Assembly: GCA_001724265.1 (NCBI GenBank)
Contig: MEDY01000009.1
Span: 124,001-188,000, forward strand
Reading direction: 5' to 3'
Length of the DNA stretch: 64,000 bases
Source of the DNA: Rhizaria sp. SCN 62-66
Lineage: Eukaryota
Under the pieces are notes generated by a model, which did not search any database, was not told the origin of the DNA, and worked only from the letters and a program-made list of their open reading frames with translations. The translations under genes and the position numbers were made by a program. Of the stretch, positions 22,801 to 37,166 are shown piece by piece (position 1 is the first letter of the stretch; each line of letters starts with the position of its first letter).

Positions 22801-25800
22801 GCTGTTGGCAGTGGTGGCAAGAAGACCTTCCATATTAGAAGCGGCGCTTAGAGACGAGCCAGCGCTTGCATCACTTGCAATGGGTTCCGGTTTGACACGA
22901 AGAATATCGTCAAAGCTACTGTTATTGCTAGGAGCGGAGACAGCAGCGGCGGCTGCAGCAGCGGCAACAGCTGCAATAGCAATGCTTGCAGCTGACGTGG
23001 ATCCAAAAATGCTGTCTAGGAATGCGTCATCAGCATTATTGTTTTCACCACTCATGACAGCGTTAACATCTTCATAATAGTCGTCTCCTCCTTCGTCTTC
23101 AGAAACACTTTCAGTGTCGACAGTATCATCCGAGCTCACCTCAGTCGATGTGGACGACTCATCAGACTCAGACCCGTGCTTTGTCTTTTTCTTCTTCTTG
23201 CCTGTCTCTGAAAGAACAAAACGACGACCTGGTTTGGGCCGAATATCTTCTGCGGATGGCTGATGGCTGTCAATCAAGTTCCTCGCGAGCTGCGGATGCG
23301 ACGCCGACACCTGAGACACGTGCTTCGCCAGCACTAACTGCACACGCCGCACCCACGCCTCAGCCAAATCTGCCTCTGCGCTGTGGGCACGCGCGTCTTT
23401 GGAAGCGTCACCAAGGAGTCCGGCGCTGCCGCAGTCGGCCGGCACTGTTGGAACAGGAACGGCGGACTTAAACACTTCAGAGCCAGAGAGCTTCTGGGCC
23501 AGAGACGCCACGCGTGCGCAGTGCACCGCAGCAGCAGAAACGGCAGCACCAAGAACTGCAGGGTCTGCGCTTGCATCGATGCTTGTGACAGCCGCAAGCG
23601 CCTTAGCAACGGCTTCTGTGAGAGGACCGGAAGAGAGGCCCATGTGGGCTTCGCGAACCGGAAGTAACTTAGCCAGCCTCAACATTGCGGTGATAGACGG
23701 GAACAGTCCTGTCTTGGGCGACGCAAAGCTGCTGAGACTCATAGAGGAGCCTTGAGCGAGCGCCATCAGCCACGCCAGCGGCGTCGCGCCGGCGGACGGT
23801 GGGGCGAGCAGGACGGCCTCGAGCGCAGACTCCGCGGTAGTGCGGGCGTACAGAGGCTGCGTGGGCCAGACACTGACGCCTGGACCCGCAGCAGAAGGCG
23901 GAGCCGTTGGTACGCCTTCGTTCAAGTCCTGCACTAACGCGACAGAAGGTTTCGTTGTGAAAACAGAGTCTATGCTTGCAGCGTCTCCGATCAGATCGCT
24001 CACAACCAAGTTTTTCACCTCAGCAACCTTCGTAGCAACTTCTGTAGCAATGTCCTGTGCAGCAATAAGAACACGGTTTGCTACGGCAGACCCGACACCA
24101 AGTCCGATGACCTCAGTGCGTCCAACCGAACCAAATGGGGTCAGAAGTGGAGCGACAACTGGCGTGTATGCAAACGAGCTCGCGATACCGGCAAGAGTGA
24201 TGAACCCTTCTGGTAATGCAAATGGCGCAGCGGGTAACGGCGGGGGCACGCCAGATGATACACCAGCCCACAGTTGCTCTGCGGCCACGCCCGTTCCGTG
24301 GTGAAAGGCAGTGGCGTTGCTAGAAGACACGACCTCGAGGGGAGGTGGCATGTCGTCACCATCGTCCATTCTGCTTGTGCGTTGTGCTGGCAGAGTGTCT
24401 TTTGCGACGATCGCGCCGACGTAGGTCGGCATAGCTGCGGACAGGAGGGCTGCCTCGGGATGTGCGTCAGTGCTATCATGATGCGAGAGCGCAAGCAGCG
24501 CGCGCTGACAATGGTTCAACGTGCCATCATGTGCGGCATTGGCAGTAGCCGTGGCTGCGTAGACTGAGGCAGCGACACTAACAAGCACGAGGGACCCCGA
24601 AGGTCTAACGTTCGCAGCAGCACTATCATACAGCGGAACGTGGTAGTCACCCAGTGGGCGAGCTCCGGCCGCAAAGCGGGCAGCCGGTGGCATCGTAAAT
24701 GCCTCGCGCCACGTGCGGAGAAGAAGAGGAAGATCCGTCGCGATATCGACAAGACTGCTCTTAATGGCAGCGTCAACCTTCTTGTAGTGCAGCTTCATCG
24801 AAAGCTGGGTCAACGCACCCAGTCGCATGTCGGCCACTGCACGTGCGCCGACTGCGGAGTGTGGGTCCACGACTTCTGAGGCGGCGAGAGCAGAAATGCC
24901 CTCAGCAGCCAGAGCGGCTGCCTGACGGTGCTGGATAAAGCTTGAGTTGGCATCAACAAGGTTAACACGCTCAGGCTCGCTCATTGCCGTTGCATACATA
25001 AACATATGAGAAGGCAGCGAACCCTGCGTGATCGAGCGGTACTTATGCGACAGTGTATCGCGGTTCCAGCTCTCTGCCGCAGGAACAGCGCCCAAAGACG
25101 GACGAGTCACAGGCAAACCAGCTGCGGCGAGTGCACGCCGAGCGCGGGCAGCACGGATGTCCGGTACTGTTCGGGATGCGTTGACAGAGCCAAGCCGCGT
25201 CAGCGAAGGGAAGGGTGATGCGAAAAAGAAGAGATCCCGTCCCCCAACCCCGTCCGTGTCGATTTCGCCATCGATGCCAATATCAGCCTCTGAGAGTGGG
25301 ATCATTGCGCCTGCAACAACGGCCTCTGCAGCAGCTACGGTCGGCAAATGCGTGATAGCCAGTTGGTTCGGTTCAGCAAAAGAGTCCGCAAAGGGACTTG
25401 TGACGTCGTTGCGGTTACGGAGTGAGAAGAAAGTGGCAAGTTCATCTGCCCGCTGGGACACAGTGGCGTTGGAAAAATGCGGCATAAGCTCGGCAGATGG
25501 CACTACTGTTAGCGCAGAGTTCGGAAGCAGCGCGAGTGGGTAGAGCGGATGCGCGGGTGAGACAACAGACATCGCCTTTCCGTGTGCAGCCATGCCAAAA
25601 TCGCTCGAGCCTGCATTGGTCGCCAGCAAAGTCGCAGCTGCCTCATCCCGCACGGCTTGAACCAAAGGAAGCGGGTTGAGAAGCGCAAGCGCGCGCGTCG
25701 AAATCTGGGGAAGCAGCCAGACCCGACGAGGCAGCTTGTCGGTCCGGTGCTTCGTCGTCACATTCGAGGCAACGATGGAGCGCTTGCTGAGGAAGTCCCG

Positions 25801-28800
25801 CGCACGTCGACGCTGAGAAATCAACGAGTCTGGCATGCAAATGGCTGCCTGGACTGGACGGGGCAGCCAACGAGGAGGCACAGTAACGCCCTGGCGCTTC
25901 CACAGTTTTCGCGAGATCTGCAACGAATCATGAATGAAGGCGGAAGTCGTCTTCTTGGACATGTCCACAGATGTTTGAGACATGTGCGATGCCTTGACAG
26001 CAATCGCATTAGGTGTGACCTTTACTGTGGGCGTCGGCATCAACATATGCCAGCGATTACGGCTCGTCTCCGTACCAATGCGCGACGTCAGCGCGACGAA
26101 CGGCAGAATCCGATGTGAACCTGCAGTGACAGCGCTTGCGTTTGTGGCATTCGGGGACGAAGCAAGTGCGTAAGCACCAAAACGTGTCGTTATGGCGGCA
26201 GAGGTTGTCGCGCGGGCTGTCGCGACATGTGCGGGCATCACTGGTGGCAGCATTCCAGTTGCATATCCACGCGGAACAAGCGCCGTCAATAAGTGTTGAC
26301 CGGTAGAGAGCAAGACCGGGACGGCAGCGGGGTTGAGCGTCGCGATGGCACGGTAAGCAGGCACGGCATAGCCCTGCCAATGCTGCCACTCGTCCCACCA
26401 CGCGCCCATGTCTCGGCGGCCGGCCGCGGTGCGCGAACCCGGAGCAGTTGGCTCGGGGCCATAGCCCGTTGGCCCGGCGGCGGCGTCGGCGTGTGTGGCG
26501 CTCCCCGTAACAGGACAGACAGCGCCCCAGCGCGGCGCGGCGGCGGCGGCCTCGGTGGCGCGGGCACGAAACGCCTCTGCAGACCAGTCCCAAACACCGC
26601 AGCCCCAACCGATGGGCGCCAAGGGCGGACCTGAGGGAGCAGTGAGGAAGTTGTGCTCGCCACTTGTAAGTGGCGGACCAGGAATTGTGTAGTAAGGCGC
26701 AAGTACCGGGTCTGTCCACAGCGATGTATCTCGGATGCGCGGCGAGCATGAGCTGCGTTCAGCCCACAAGACCGGATCAATAGTTCGGTGTTGTGTGATG
26801 GCAGGAAAGATTGTGCCAGGAAGGTCGACTGTAACAGTTTGGCGATTCTTGCGAACCCTCGTCGAACGCGATTTGACCTCGATAACGCGGCCACCTTTCG
26901 TACGAGGATTCTCTGTGCCGCTATCATCACTATTGTAGTCATCAATGTCACTACCAGATGCGACTTCGTCATTGTCCGAGTCCGTGTCGACCACCGCCGT
27001 GTCGGTGTTGGCGCGGGTGACAGTCAGCTCCTCAAGCTCGAACACGCGGCGCGTGCGGCCAGCCAGATGCATCAACTCACCAGGGGACGCAGTGAAACCC
27101 ATTGGCGCAAGCAACGCAAACTGTGCAACATCGTGCTCAGCGTAGGATAAGAACGTACTATCAATACCGGTAAGTAAGGGTGGAATCGAAGATGCAACAG
27201 GCGCACGTGAAAGCAAATTACGCACGTTCACAGGCGTGGCCTCCGGCAGCAACGGCTGTGAAAGCATCCAACGTGCCACGTCCGCACTGCGTACAATAAC
27301 GTCGTTCGAAAGCAACTCAATGTCAGCATCGTCCAAAGGCATTGGCGAAGAGGCACCTGGAAGCATCTGCGCGCGGCGCATAGTCTTGACGTCATCATGC
27401 ATGCCAAGAACCTGTTTAGGAGCGAATGCTGTGCTAACTATCATTAGACGTCCTTGAGCAGCCTTAGAGTCTCCGTTCGCGCCACTAGCGCTGCCGCCAA
27501 CAACAAGCGCGGAGGACATGCTTTCCGGTGTGTCGACAGTCTTCGAATTGGCACGACCCTTCTTTTTGATCCCAGCTAGCTTTGCAAGAACCAAGGACTT
27601 ATCAACAGAACTAGACTTCGGCCCAGAAAGTACGCTGGCCTCTTCAGCAGAGTGAAAGTCCTCATTTGAATCAATAATGTAGGGTGTCTTGATGTCGTAG
27701 ACCAGTTTACGATGAGTGACCGAGACATCAGAACCGTAAAAACAGCGCAATAGCAAACGACGTTGCATCGCACCAGCAGAAGCGTAAGCTGCCTGAACCG
27801 CAGCGGGCATATCGCCAAAAACCGAAGTACGGGCAAAGGAGATCGGTGACGGTAGAGAGACGCGCTGTGGAAGAGCGCCAGGTTGCACCCAAATACTATG
27901 TTGAGTAGATGTGCTATCTGACCACATATCAGAAGAGAATGACTCGCCTGAAGCGAGGCGAATCGTCATGCGGACACCAGACTTCGGGCCACTCATCGGT
28001 TGTGAGAGCGCATATGTCGGCGACAGCAAGACCGTCGCGACGCGCGCCCCTTCAGCAACGCAACGATCACAAGGAGCCACGGCAGAGACAACTTCTCCAA
28101 GGTGGCGACGCAAACGTTCGTTGAGAACATAGTATCGATCTAGTCCCAGATACAAGTGACTGGCATGAGCAGTCTTGTGACCGCGCGATAGGCCTAAACT
28201 CGTACACTCTGTTGTGAAGGCACGAGAAACAGTGGCGTTTTGACATGTGCAGTTGCGCAGCTGCGGAACAAGGCCGGACCCTGACGCAGACGCGAAACCG
28301 GATAGCAAAGTAGGGGACATGGCAGACGAGGAAAGAAGAGACGCGTTGGTAGTGAACTTCCCTGAAACGACACTGGGGCGAGTCGTACGATATGTTGCGC
28401 CGGAGAGAAGCAGTGGCATCGACATAATTTGAGGCCACGCAGAGCTCTCCTCACTGCTGATGACGCCTGCTGAGCTTGTGGCACTTCCCAGTGACTGGGC
28501 CCTTTCATTATTGAAGGCCGCGCGTTGAGCGGCAAGTGCAGCAGAGAGCTTGATGATCAAAGTCTGCAGATGCGGGTATGTAACTGTCATCCATGCGACG
28601 GATGAAACGAGCTGAGCAGCAAGAGGTACAAGAACGTGACGTGTGACGACCACGTCGTTGAGCTTCACCACATCCGCAACAATCTTATTTGAGGTAGTGA
28701 CCCACTTTGAATAGGTCAGATAATGCGCATCAGTCGCGATTGTCGGCGGCGCCCAGGCAGCGTCGTCGCCAGCAGTGAGCGCAGACACGCGCAAAGCACG

Positions 28801-31800
28801 CGACATGAGTGCCTCACTGAACGAGGGTGTCGTATCAACTGCGTCAGGGGCCGGTAGATCAAGCAGCGCATTAGTCACATCGCTTAACAGGGCTACCAGG
28901 GCAGCCGCTGAAGTTGTCGAAGGCTTGGGATCCGCATTAAGCAGCGAAGGGTCGATCACATCTGAGGTGTCGTTTTGTTCCCCATCATTCATCACGCTTG
29001 CACCAGACATGCCCATAACTGCAGCGGCAGCAGCAGCCGCCGCCGCAGCAGCGATCTGAGCGACCGTGGTGTTCATGCACTTCTTGTCCACTGTTTCATC
29101 ACCCGTACGCACAGCTGCCTTGGTTTTCGTGGACTTCCAGTCAACAGGGCGATTGCCGCCAATGTCGCCGAGCTGTGCAATAAGTTCTTGCGCCGCGCGG
29201 GCCTCTTCCGCCGGCGACGAGCGCTGCGCAGCATGAGACATACCTGTGCGGCTGCCGGTGCGGAGCGACGAGAGCAACACAGGAGTCCACTTGCGAAACC
29301 CAATCCTCGAGTATTTAAACCCTAGCTGCTGCTCCATAAACTCTGGATTGATGTTACCGCCAAGCATGCGAGCGTAGAGCAACTTGGTGCGTGGGTCGCC
29401 GATAGTAATAGGGCTGGTGCGCGACTGGTCGGGGATGTCGAATGGATCTTCAAACCAATACTCTTGCATACCGACGTCGCTTGGGCCGGTACCGTTAGGC
29501 TGAATCATGAAATGAGAGCCGCGGAACTGGGTTGCAGGCATTTCGACAAAGAGTTGCGGTAGGTTCACTTCATGAGTGCGAGTTACAGCAGTGAATGATG
29601 ATGTGGCAGAAATAGCACGGATTTTGTTCGACTCAACACCGACAAGAGGCACTGGGTTCAACCCAAACACGTCAGCGGCAGCAAGCTTAGTCGTCCGGAC
29701 CTGTGCATTCTCCTTAGAATGCAGCGGTAATGCGCCGTACCAAGTCTGACGTAAGTGCTTGGCGCGGCCAATGCCCGTACTCCGCTCCCAGTAGTCAATG
29801 GCTAGCGCCCTACGGGAGTGCGTGCGCATGAATTTGGACAGCCAACGCCACGGCGACCAAGTACAGAAGCGCATCAACTCATTGAGATGCAGAGAGCTCA
29901 GCGCAGCCCCCCGCAAGCACGCACCGTGGTGTACACACTGTCCAGCTCGCGCACAGCCAGCTGCGGCGGAGATCGGGACCGCAGAAGCCTCAGGTGCATG
30001 AGGACGTACGGCTGCGGTGGTCGCGCTCGGTGTCAGTGCAATCATAATTGCATGTGAGGTGTTGGATGACGTCGGAGAGTAATACGTGCCGACAGGCGGC
30101 TGCATCCACGCTGCACGGCTTGCGATGTGGGACGCACGCAAAAACGCAGTTTCTACAGCACGGGACTGAGCAGGGGCGAATGTGATTAAACCAGTTGCCG
30201 CAGAGCTAGTCATCGGAACAATGCCGACGGCTGGTAACAGAGATGTAGCTGCGCCAACAGACTCGAGAGACGAGGCCACACTTTGTGACGCAACCTTTGC
30301 GAAAACAATAATACCCGCGCGTGCATTTTGCAACGCAGCGCGCACCGCAGTCCACGCAGAAGCCCGAAGATTGCGCGGCAGCACGCCAAACATGTCCGAA
30401 GCGCTGAGAGCTGGGTACGCAAATACGCCAGGGCCGTATGACGGTGTATACACAGGGTGGCCGTGGGCACCAGTGCGCAGAGGAGTTGTGACGTGGGCCT
30501 CTGCAATCGTTGGAGCAGCGATCAGTGCAGGTGCGATGGCACCCGCGATTGTAGCAGCGATACTGTCAGAGGTGTCAGTAGTCGCGATTTCAGAATACTC
30601 CATAGCCGCAGCATCGGCGGCCTCAGCGGTGGCGCGTGCAAGAACTGTGTACACGCAAACGGACACAGAGACGCCACCGGTCGCAGCTAACGCAGCAGCA
30701 GCAGCAGCGATGCGGGCGGGGGCGATGGCGTTTTGGAGCTTCTGGAGTGCGCCGGGGGGGAGTACGAGCGCCGCGGAGAGCAGTATCATGCTCGCCACAC
30801 GGACTGCAGCTGAACCAGCAACCGCAGCAGTGGTCTGCGAGGCGGTGGCGGCAAGTGCAGCAGGAGATTCCCAACCAAGAACGACGGAAGGCGTGACATT
30901 GAATGCGAACGCAGGCAACAGCGGGACAGCAACAAGAGGCGTGGGGGGCAACTCTGGTTTGGGGGGTTGGTACTTAAACTTCCTGGCGAATGTCTCGTCA
31001 TCGTTTTCACGCACGAATTCAGCCATAGCAAGCACGTTCGCGTGCGCGACCGCAGCAACTGCGGCGTCGCTAGCTGGCACATATGTGGTGTCGGTCACGA
31101 CTGATTGTGGCAGCAGCATATGTGCGTACGCGTGTGGGGGCAGGTGCGCCGGTTGCACAGCCCATGGTACCACTGACTGCGCCCAACTTGTCTGCGACCG
31201 TAATCCATGCGAAGGGAGAGAGGGCAGCGACTCGCTTTGCACAATAAGCGAAGGCAAGGGCAGCAAGCCAATAATACTGTCAAGTGCAGTCATATCATCA
31301 GCGAGCAGACTGCGCTGAGTCACAATGGCCTTCGCAAGAGAAGCAAGACACTGAGCACCAAACGCTGGCTGTGAGATATTATCGGTCATAGCGCGGTCAC
31401 GAACAGTGATGTGCATTTTGATCGCACTCAACGTGGCATCTGGTTGCAGCGGCGCCGGACGCACCCAGACCGTGCCGACGGTCGACTCAGCCGCAGACTT
31501 GGACGCATAAGCAGGTCCACGGCGCGTGAGGCGACGGCGCCAGAGAGTGTGCGTGTTGGCGACATCGTATGTGATCCCCGACTGTACACCGCGGTGTGCC
31601 GCGACACCCGCAGAGCTCCCGTGCGTCACAATGGTGACCGTGAGCGTAGGCTCTGCGCACTCGCTCGCGCAGTGCACGTCGTGTTTGCTGCAGTCCCAAG
31701 GCGCGTCATCGACGTCCTCCAGATTGTCGTCGTTGTCGCCATCAGCGTGCCACTGACGCGACGCCATCCATAGCTCGCTCATCGCGCCGCCGACCGCGGT

Positions 31801-34800
31801 GACGGATGCAGCACCAGTGGGCGCAGCGCCAACGCGGCCCTTGACCCAGAGCATCGCGGTGGGAGCAGGGATGGTTGTCTTCGAAGCAGTCGCCGTGGCT
31901 TCAATCAGAGCCGTGACGGAGGCGTGCTGAGAAGCACCGCGACCCCTGGAAGTTGTTGCCGCAGCAAACGTGGAGATCGACTCTGAAGACATGGGGGCGG
32001 TGCATGCAGCGTAGTGGTGCGAAGATAACGCGCCAGCAAAAGACTTGTCAGTGAAAACGTTTGTCCGGATGAGAGAAAGAGCAAGCGGGTTGATGTCCGG
32101 CGTGTTTTCACCGGAGATAGTCGCGCTCACCTGCGCAATCATCAGCTCGGGGCTCACCTCAGACGACCCCAGAGGAACGCCAGCTGTCGCAGCAGCGACG
32201 GGCGCCGTTAAAGGCAGCAACAGCACGCCAAGGCCGCGGCAGAGAGCGGGTGGCAGTGCGCGCAGCGTGAAGATGAGCTTCATCAGCGTGTCAGACGGCA
32301 CGCGTGCGAGCGCGCTGCGCAGCATCCGCGGTGACCGCCAGACCGCTGGCGGTAACGACACCGGCGACAGCGCTGCGTACGCACCGGCGGACTGCAAGTG
32401 CTCCTCGACGTCCAGAGCGAGCGAAATTGCAGCCGCAGACATAGGCACAGGGGCGCCAAGAGCACCGGCAACGGCGGGACTCAAAACGGGGTCAATATCA
32501 AAGCCCGCAGACGTGGCCGCGGCCGATTTGTCTATTGCGTCGCGGCGCGCGATGACCGAGATCGCGGCGCGCGCGAGCGCGTCAATCTGGGGCCCGCCGC
32601 GAGGTAGAGTCACGGAGAGCACGCGGGGCCCGTGGCGGAAGCGCGCGCCACTGGCGTGGACCGTTGTCGAGCAAAGCAACTGAAGGCGCGATGACTGTGC
32701 AGTGCCCGAGGCCGCGGGCGCAAGCATGTACGTCGGCACAGTCGAGTAATAGAGCGGCGAAGGAGTCAGTGTAAAAGCAACGCCAACGGGAGCATTCGCA
32801 GACAGAGCGTACGTCGCATCAATCGTGGTGACGCCAACCGTCGGATTCTCAGCCGCGCCGGTATCAGCGGCACCACTGCGCCAGTGCGCATCGATTGTGA
32901 CTTGCAATGCGACAGAGGTAGGGTTGGTGAAGGGGAGCGTCTGCGACAGCGGCAGTGCGGTCTGGCCAGCAAATGAGGCGTCGTTGGCATCGTACAGGGC
33001 GGCCGCGGGGACGGCGGCCGCAAGCGACGATGCACCAGTGGAGAGCATCGCCAAGACCACGGGGGTCGGGAGGGAAACAGCTGCAGCCGCCGTGGCCGAA
33101 TGTGAGATCAGCGGGTCTATCGAGCCCTCTGCGCACAGCCTCGTATGAACGGAGAGCCGTGCAGTGAACGACGGCGCGTCAAGCCACGCAAGCAGACCGG
33201 CCGTGTTGACGGACATCGGCACGTCCGTAGCAGGCGCTGACCTGTAGCTCCGCGAGGCGTCGCGGGCTACTCCGAGCAGGGTCTGGGTCATCGCGTTGCC
33301 AGTCGACGAATTAGGATCAGTCACAATACGCGCTGCCAACGTGCCATGGAGAGTGCCACGTGCATACGTGTCCATGAGCCCGAGCTCGGTCGGCGGCGGC
33401 AGCAGCGCGGTCGGCAGACGCGGCATCAGAAGAGGCGCCATCGACGCGCCGTACTGATGCGTCTTGCCAGCAACGGCCTCGTTGTCGACAGCGGGCAGCG
33501 AACGGGCAAACACTGGATCGTACAGAGGGTGGTATCCGACGTAATCGCGCACGAACGCAAGCGCAGGGTCCGCGTATGTGGAGTCTCTACTGTTACGGGG
33601 CGTGTTTCTACGCAGCGACGTCACAAGCGCGCGAGACACAGCGCGTGCGGTCGCCACTGCAGTCAGCGGGAGCTTCGAGCTCGCTGTCACGCGCCGCGCC
33701 TTGCGCCCTGCAGCAGCCGCAGTCGCAGCGACGAGAGGACGAGCGAGGGCCGGGAGGACGGAGACCCACGGCGCGGAGGGCTCGGTCGGCATCGTAAACA
33801 CGGCCGTGCGCACGACGCGCTGGCGCCCGTGGCAAGGCGGCACCGCGGCCCACCAGCCTGCGCGCGTGTTAACGTCCGCAGACGTAGCAGTGGCACTGAG
33901 CGCGGTGGCTGCGGCAGCGGCAGCAGTCTTGCCGCTGGCCGCGAGACCACTGCTCCACTGCACAGCGTTGTAAGCATCGACAGTTCCAGTGTAGTTCAGC
34001 GGGGGCATCGCATGCGCCGTCTCCCAGTAATGCGGCAGACGGACGCTGCCCGCAACGGCAGCACCGGCGAGCCCGTCGACGAGCGCGCACGACACGAAGT
34101 CGCGGTTCTTGGTGCCGTGCATGACGGTGGTGACCCACGACGTAGGCGGCGCAAGATACACGGACGGCAGCAGCAGCGACGACGCCGTTGGTGCGAGGCT
34201 TTCGACAGCAATCAGGGCGTCCGAGGCCGCGGATGAGTTGCCGTTCGCGGCGAGCGTGGCGGCGCGCGGCACGGTGACGATGGGCTGCAGGCCGTAGCTC
34301 TGGAAACCGCTGCGAGGCTGCTCCGTGGGGTGCGGCGCAAAGCGCACCAGCGCAGCAGCGCGCATAGCTGCGGCGTCCTGGCCGACGCCGCCGCCGATGC
34401 CCACGCTTTTGACCGCAGCGTCATTGCGCGCATTCAGCCACAGTGCAGAGCCGGGCCCGGCGTGCTCGCGACTGCGCGTGAGCTTGACCGCCAGCGCAGT
34501 CTCGTCAAGGTGGATCAGCATGCGCGACACCTGCGCAGCGTCCAGCGATCCCGACACGAGCGCGGACACGGCGCGCGCGGTGGAGCGCTCCGAGGCCGTG
34601 CCGCGCCAGTGCGCGAGCAGCGACATGACGGCCTGGCGTGAGGCGGGGAACGGGCCGCCCTGCAGCGCCATCGACGACGTCACGCCCAAGAACACAATCC
34701 GCGCCGCTGCCGCCGCGGATACCAGCAGCGTCGCGGGGGTGAGCTCGCAGAACACAGTCACGATCGCGACCCCAGTGGCGCTGCTGGTCGTCGTCGTGGA

Positions 34801-37129
34801 GCTCGCGTCGGCACTTGCGCCGTCGTCGTCGCCAGCGGCTTCGCCACGGGTCGCGGCCGGCGCCTTTGTGAACAGGGGCTTCGGAACCCGGTTCTTCTTT
34901 TGAGGACTAGTGATGTTGGCATCGTCGTCGTCATCATCATCGCTGGCACCGCCATCAGCTTCAGAAGCAGAACCGTCACCGCCAGAACTGTCGTAGTCAG
35001 ACTCGTCTTCGCTGGGCTCCGCGTTCTTGCCCTTGGTCTTCTTCACAGGCTTCTTTGCAGGAGGCTTCTTCGCGGGTGTGCTCGCCACAGACAACAACTT
35101 ATCAGCCGGCTTCGCGGCGCCGGCCTGCTTTCTCGCGCGAGAGGCCTCAATTGCAGCCGCAGCGTCGTCGGCGTACTGCTCAGCGATCGCACGCCACAGA
35201 GCGCATTGGGCCTCCTGGTCCTCGCTCTCACTGCCGCGTGCGGACGACGTAAGTGAGAGCGCGATGGCTGCCGCAGTGAGCGCGACCGCGGGCGCAGGCG
35301 GGGCCGCGAACGCGCCACCGGTGGCCTTGGCCGCTCGGTAAGCATCGGTGATTGTAGCGGCCGTGAAGAACGCAGTATTGGCCATCGCGAGCGCCTGCGG
35401 TGCGGACTCGCAGTTGCCGTTGTAGTTGACGGCGCCCGGTAGCACGGCCCACGTGGGCTGAGTGGCCGCAGCCGATGCCGGCAGGTGGAAGGGATAGGGC
35501 GGCACCGCAGACCCGTCGCCGGCACCGGCCGAATCGTCCAGCTGTGCGGGTGCGCTCAGCGCGAGACACTCCGACTGGCCGGTCGCGAACGCGGCCGCAG
35601 CCGCGGCGGCGGGTGGCGCCAGCGCGGCGGGGCCCGCCGAGAGGCGGCCGACCGCGTCCGAGACCGAGTCGGCCAGCGCGGCGAGCGCGGCGTCGGGCGA
35701 CGCAGACAGGAAGGCGACCGCGGCACGCGCGCTGGCCGCGATGGACCCGGCGGCGGCCGCGGCGGCGGCGCGGGCGGCAAACTGGCCGTCCCTGGCGAGT
35801 CGGTTCGAGAAGCAGTTGACACCTGGCAGCGCCGCGGCGGGGAACGCGGCGGCCGCGGCGAGCGCCTTGGTGTCGGTGTGATCATCGCCAGCAGCTAAGC
35901 GCGGCAAAGGCAGCGCGGTGAGGTGCGCGGGCAGCGGGGTGGGCGGGACCCAGTGCGCAATCAGGTCGAGGTGCAGCGGGACGGGCGCGGTCAGCGCGTT
36001 GACCGACGCCACGGCGCGCACAGTCTCAGAGCCATCGGCCACGTCATGCTTGGCGTCTGTCTCAGCGAGCAGGTGTTGCGCCCAAGCGAACGAGATAGAC
36101 AACTCGCCGTTGCCCGTAGTGCTGTTGGACCGATGAGTCGTGGATGCGGCGGAGACGGCCGACTGGCCGCCGCGCAAACGCGTGGGCAGCGCGGTTGCGG
36201 GCGGCGCCAAGACGTCCCAGCGCGGACCAACGGTCACCGTCGCTCTGCTCGCCTCGCCCGCGGCCGCGGCGGCCGTTGCGTCCGAGCCAGCGACCGAGAC
36301 GCTGACGGCGCCGGGCGCCTGCGCCGAGGCCGCGACCGCGTCGGCGATGGCGTCCGCGACGGTCGACATCGCGTCGGGCTCGCCGTAGGGCGACACCACG
36401 GCGGCGGCCACGTCGACCGGGGCGCGGTACTGGAACCAGTACGCGCTTACCGTCTTGGAGCCACAGTTGCCAGCAATCGCACTATTCGCGCTGGCCATGG
36501 CACTGGCACTGGCACGCGCGCTGGCGCAACTTGAACTCGTGCAATTCGCAGGCACGAGAGCGTGGGTATCAGCATCGTCGCCGAACAAGCCAAGCTCAGC
36601 GCCGTTATCGCTGTCCGCCAGCGCGAACGCGCGCTGCACCGCGTCCGGCAGTGCGAGGCGCGGAGCCGTCACGAGCACGCCGCCGAGCGCGGTTGCCGCT
36701 GCGTGAAGTGCCGCCAGCCGCGCGCGCGCCCGCCCCAGCGCACTGTCGCTGCTGCTGCCGCCGCTGCTGCCGCCGCTGCTGCCGGCGTCTCCGTCAGTGC
36801 GGGCGTCTCCGTCGGTGCGGGCGCCGTCCTTGCGCGTGGCGGCGAGCAAGACTGCGAGCGAGGGCAACGGCAGGATGGCGTTGAGCGGCGCGTGGAGCTG
36901 CGTCGCGGGTACGGCGGCGGCGGCGGCGGCGACGGCGCGGGCGAGCGTGGCGCGAGTGGCGGGCGTGAAGGCCGCGGCTGGGGCCGGGTTCAGCGCCAGC
37001 GCGAATAGCAGCGCCGACGGGGCCCGCGCGGAGCGCGCAAGGGCAACCGTGGGTAGGGCTGCGCGGACGCGAACGGAGCCGAGCGCGCCGTTGGGGTTGA
37101 GGTGGTGGCTGCGCTGGACGCTCTCGTCG

Positions 37130-37166
<37 letters not shown>

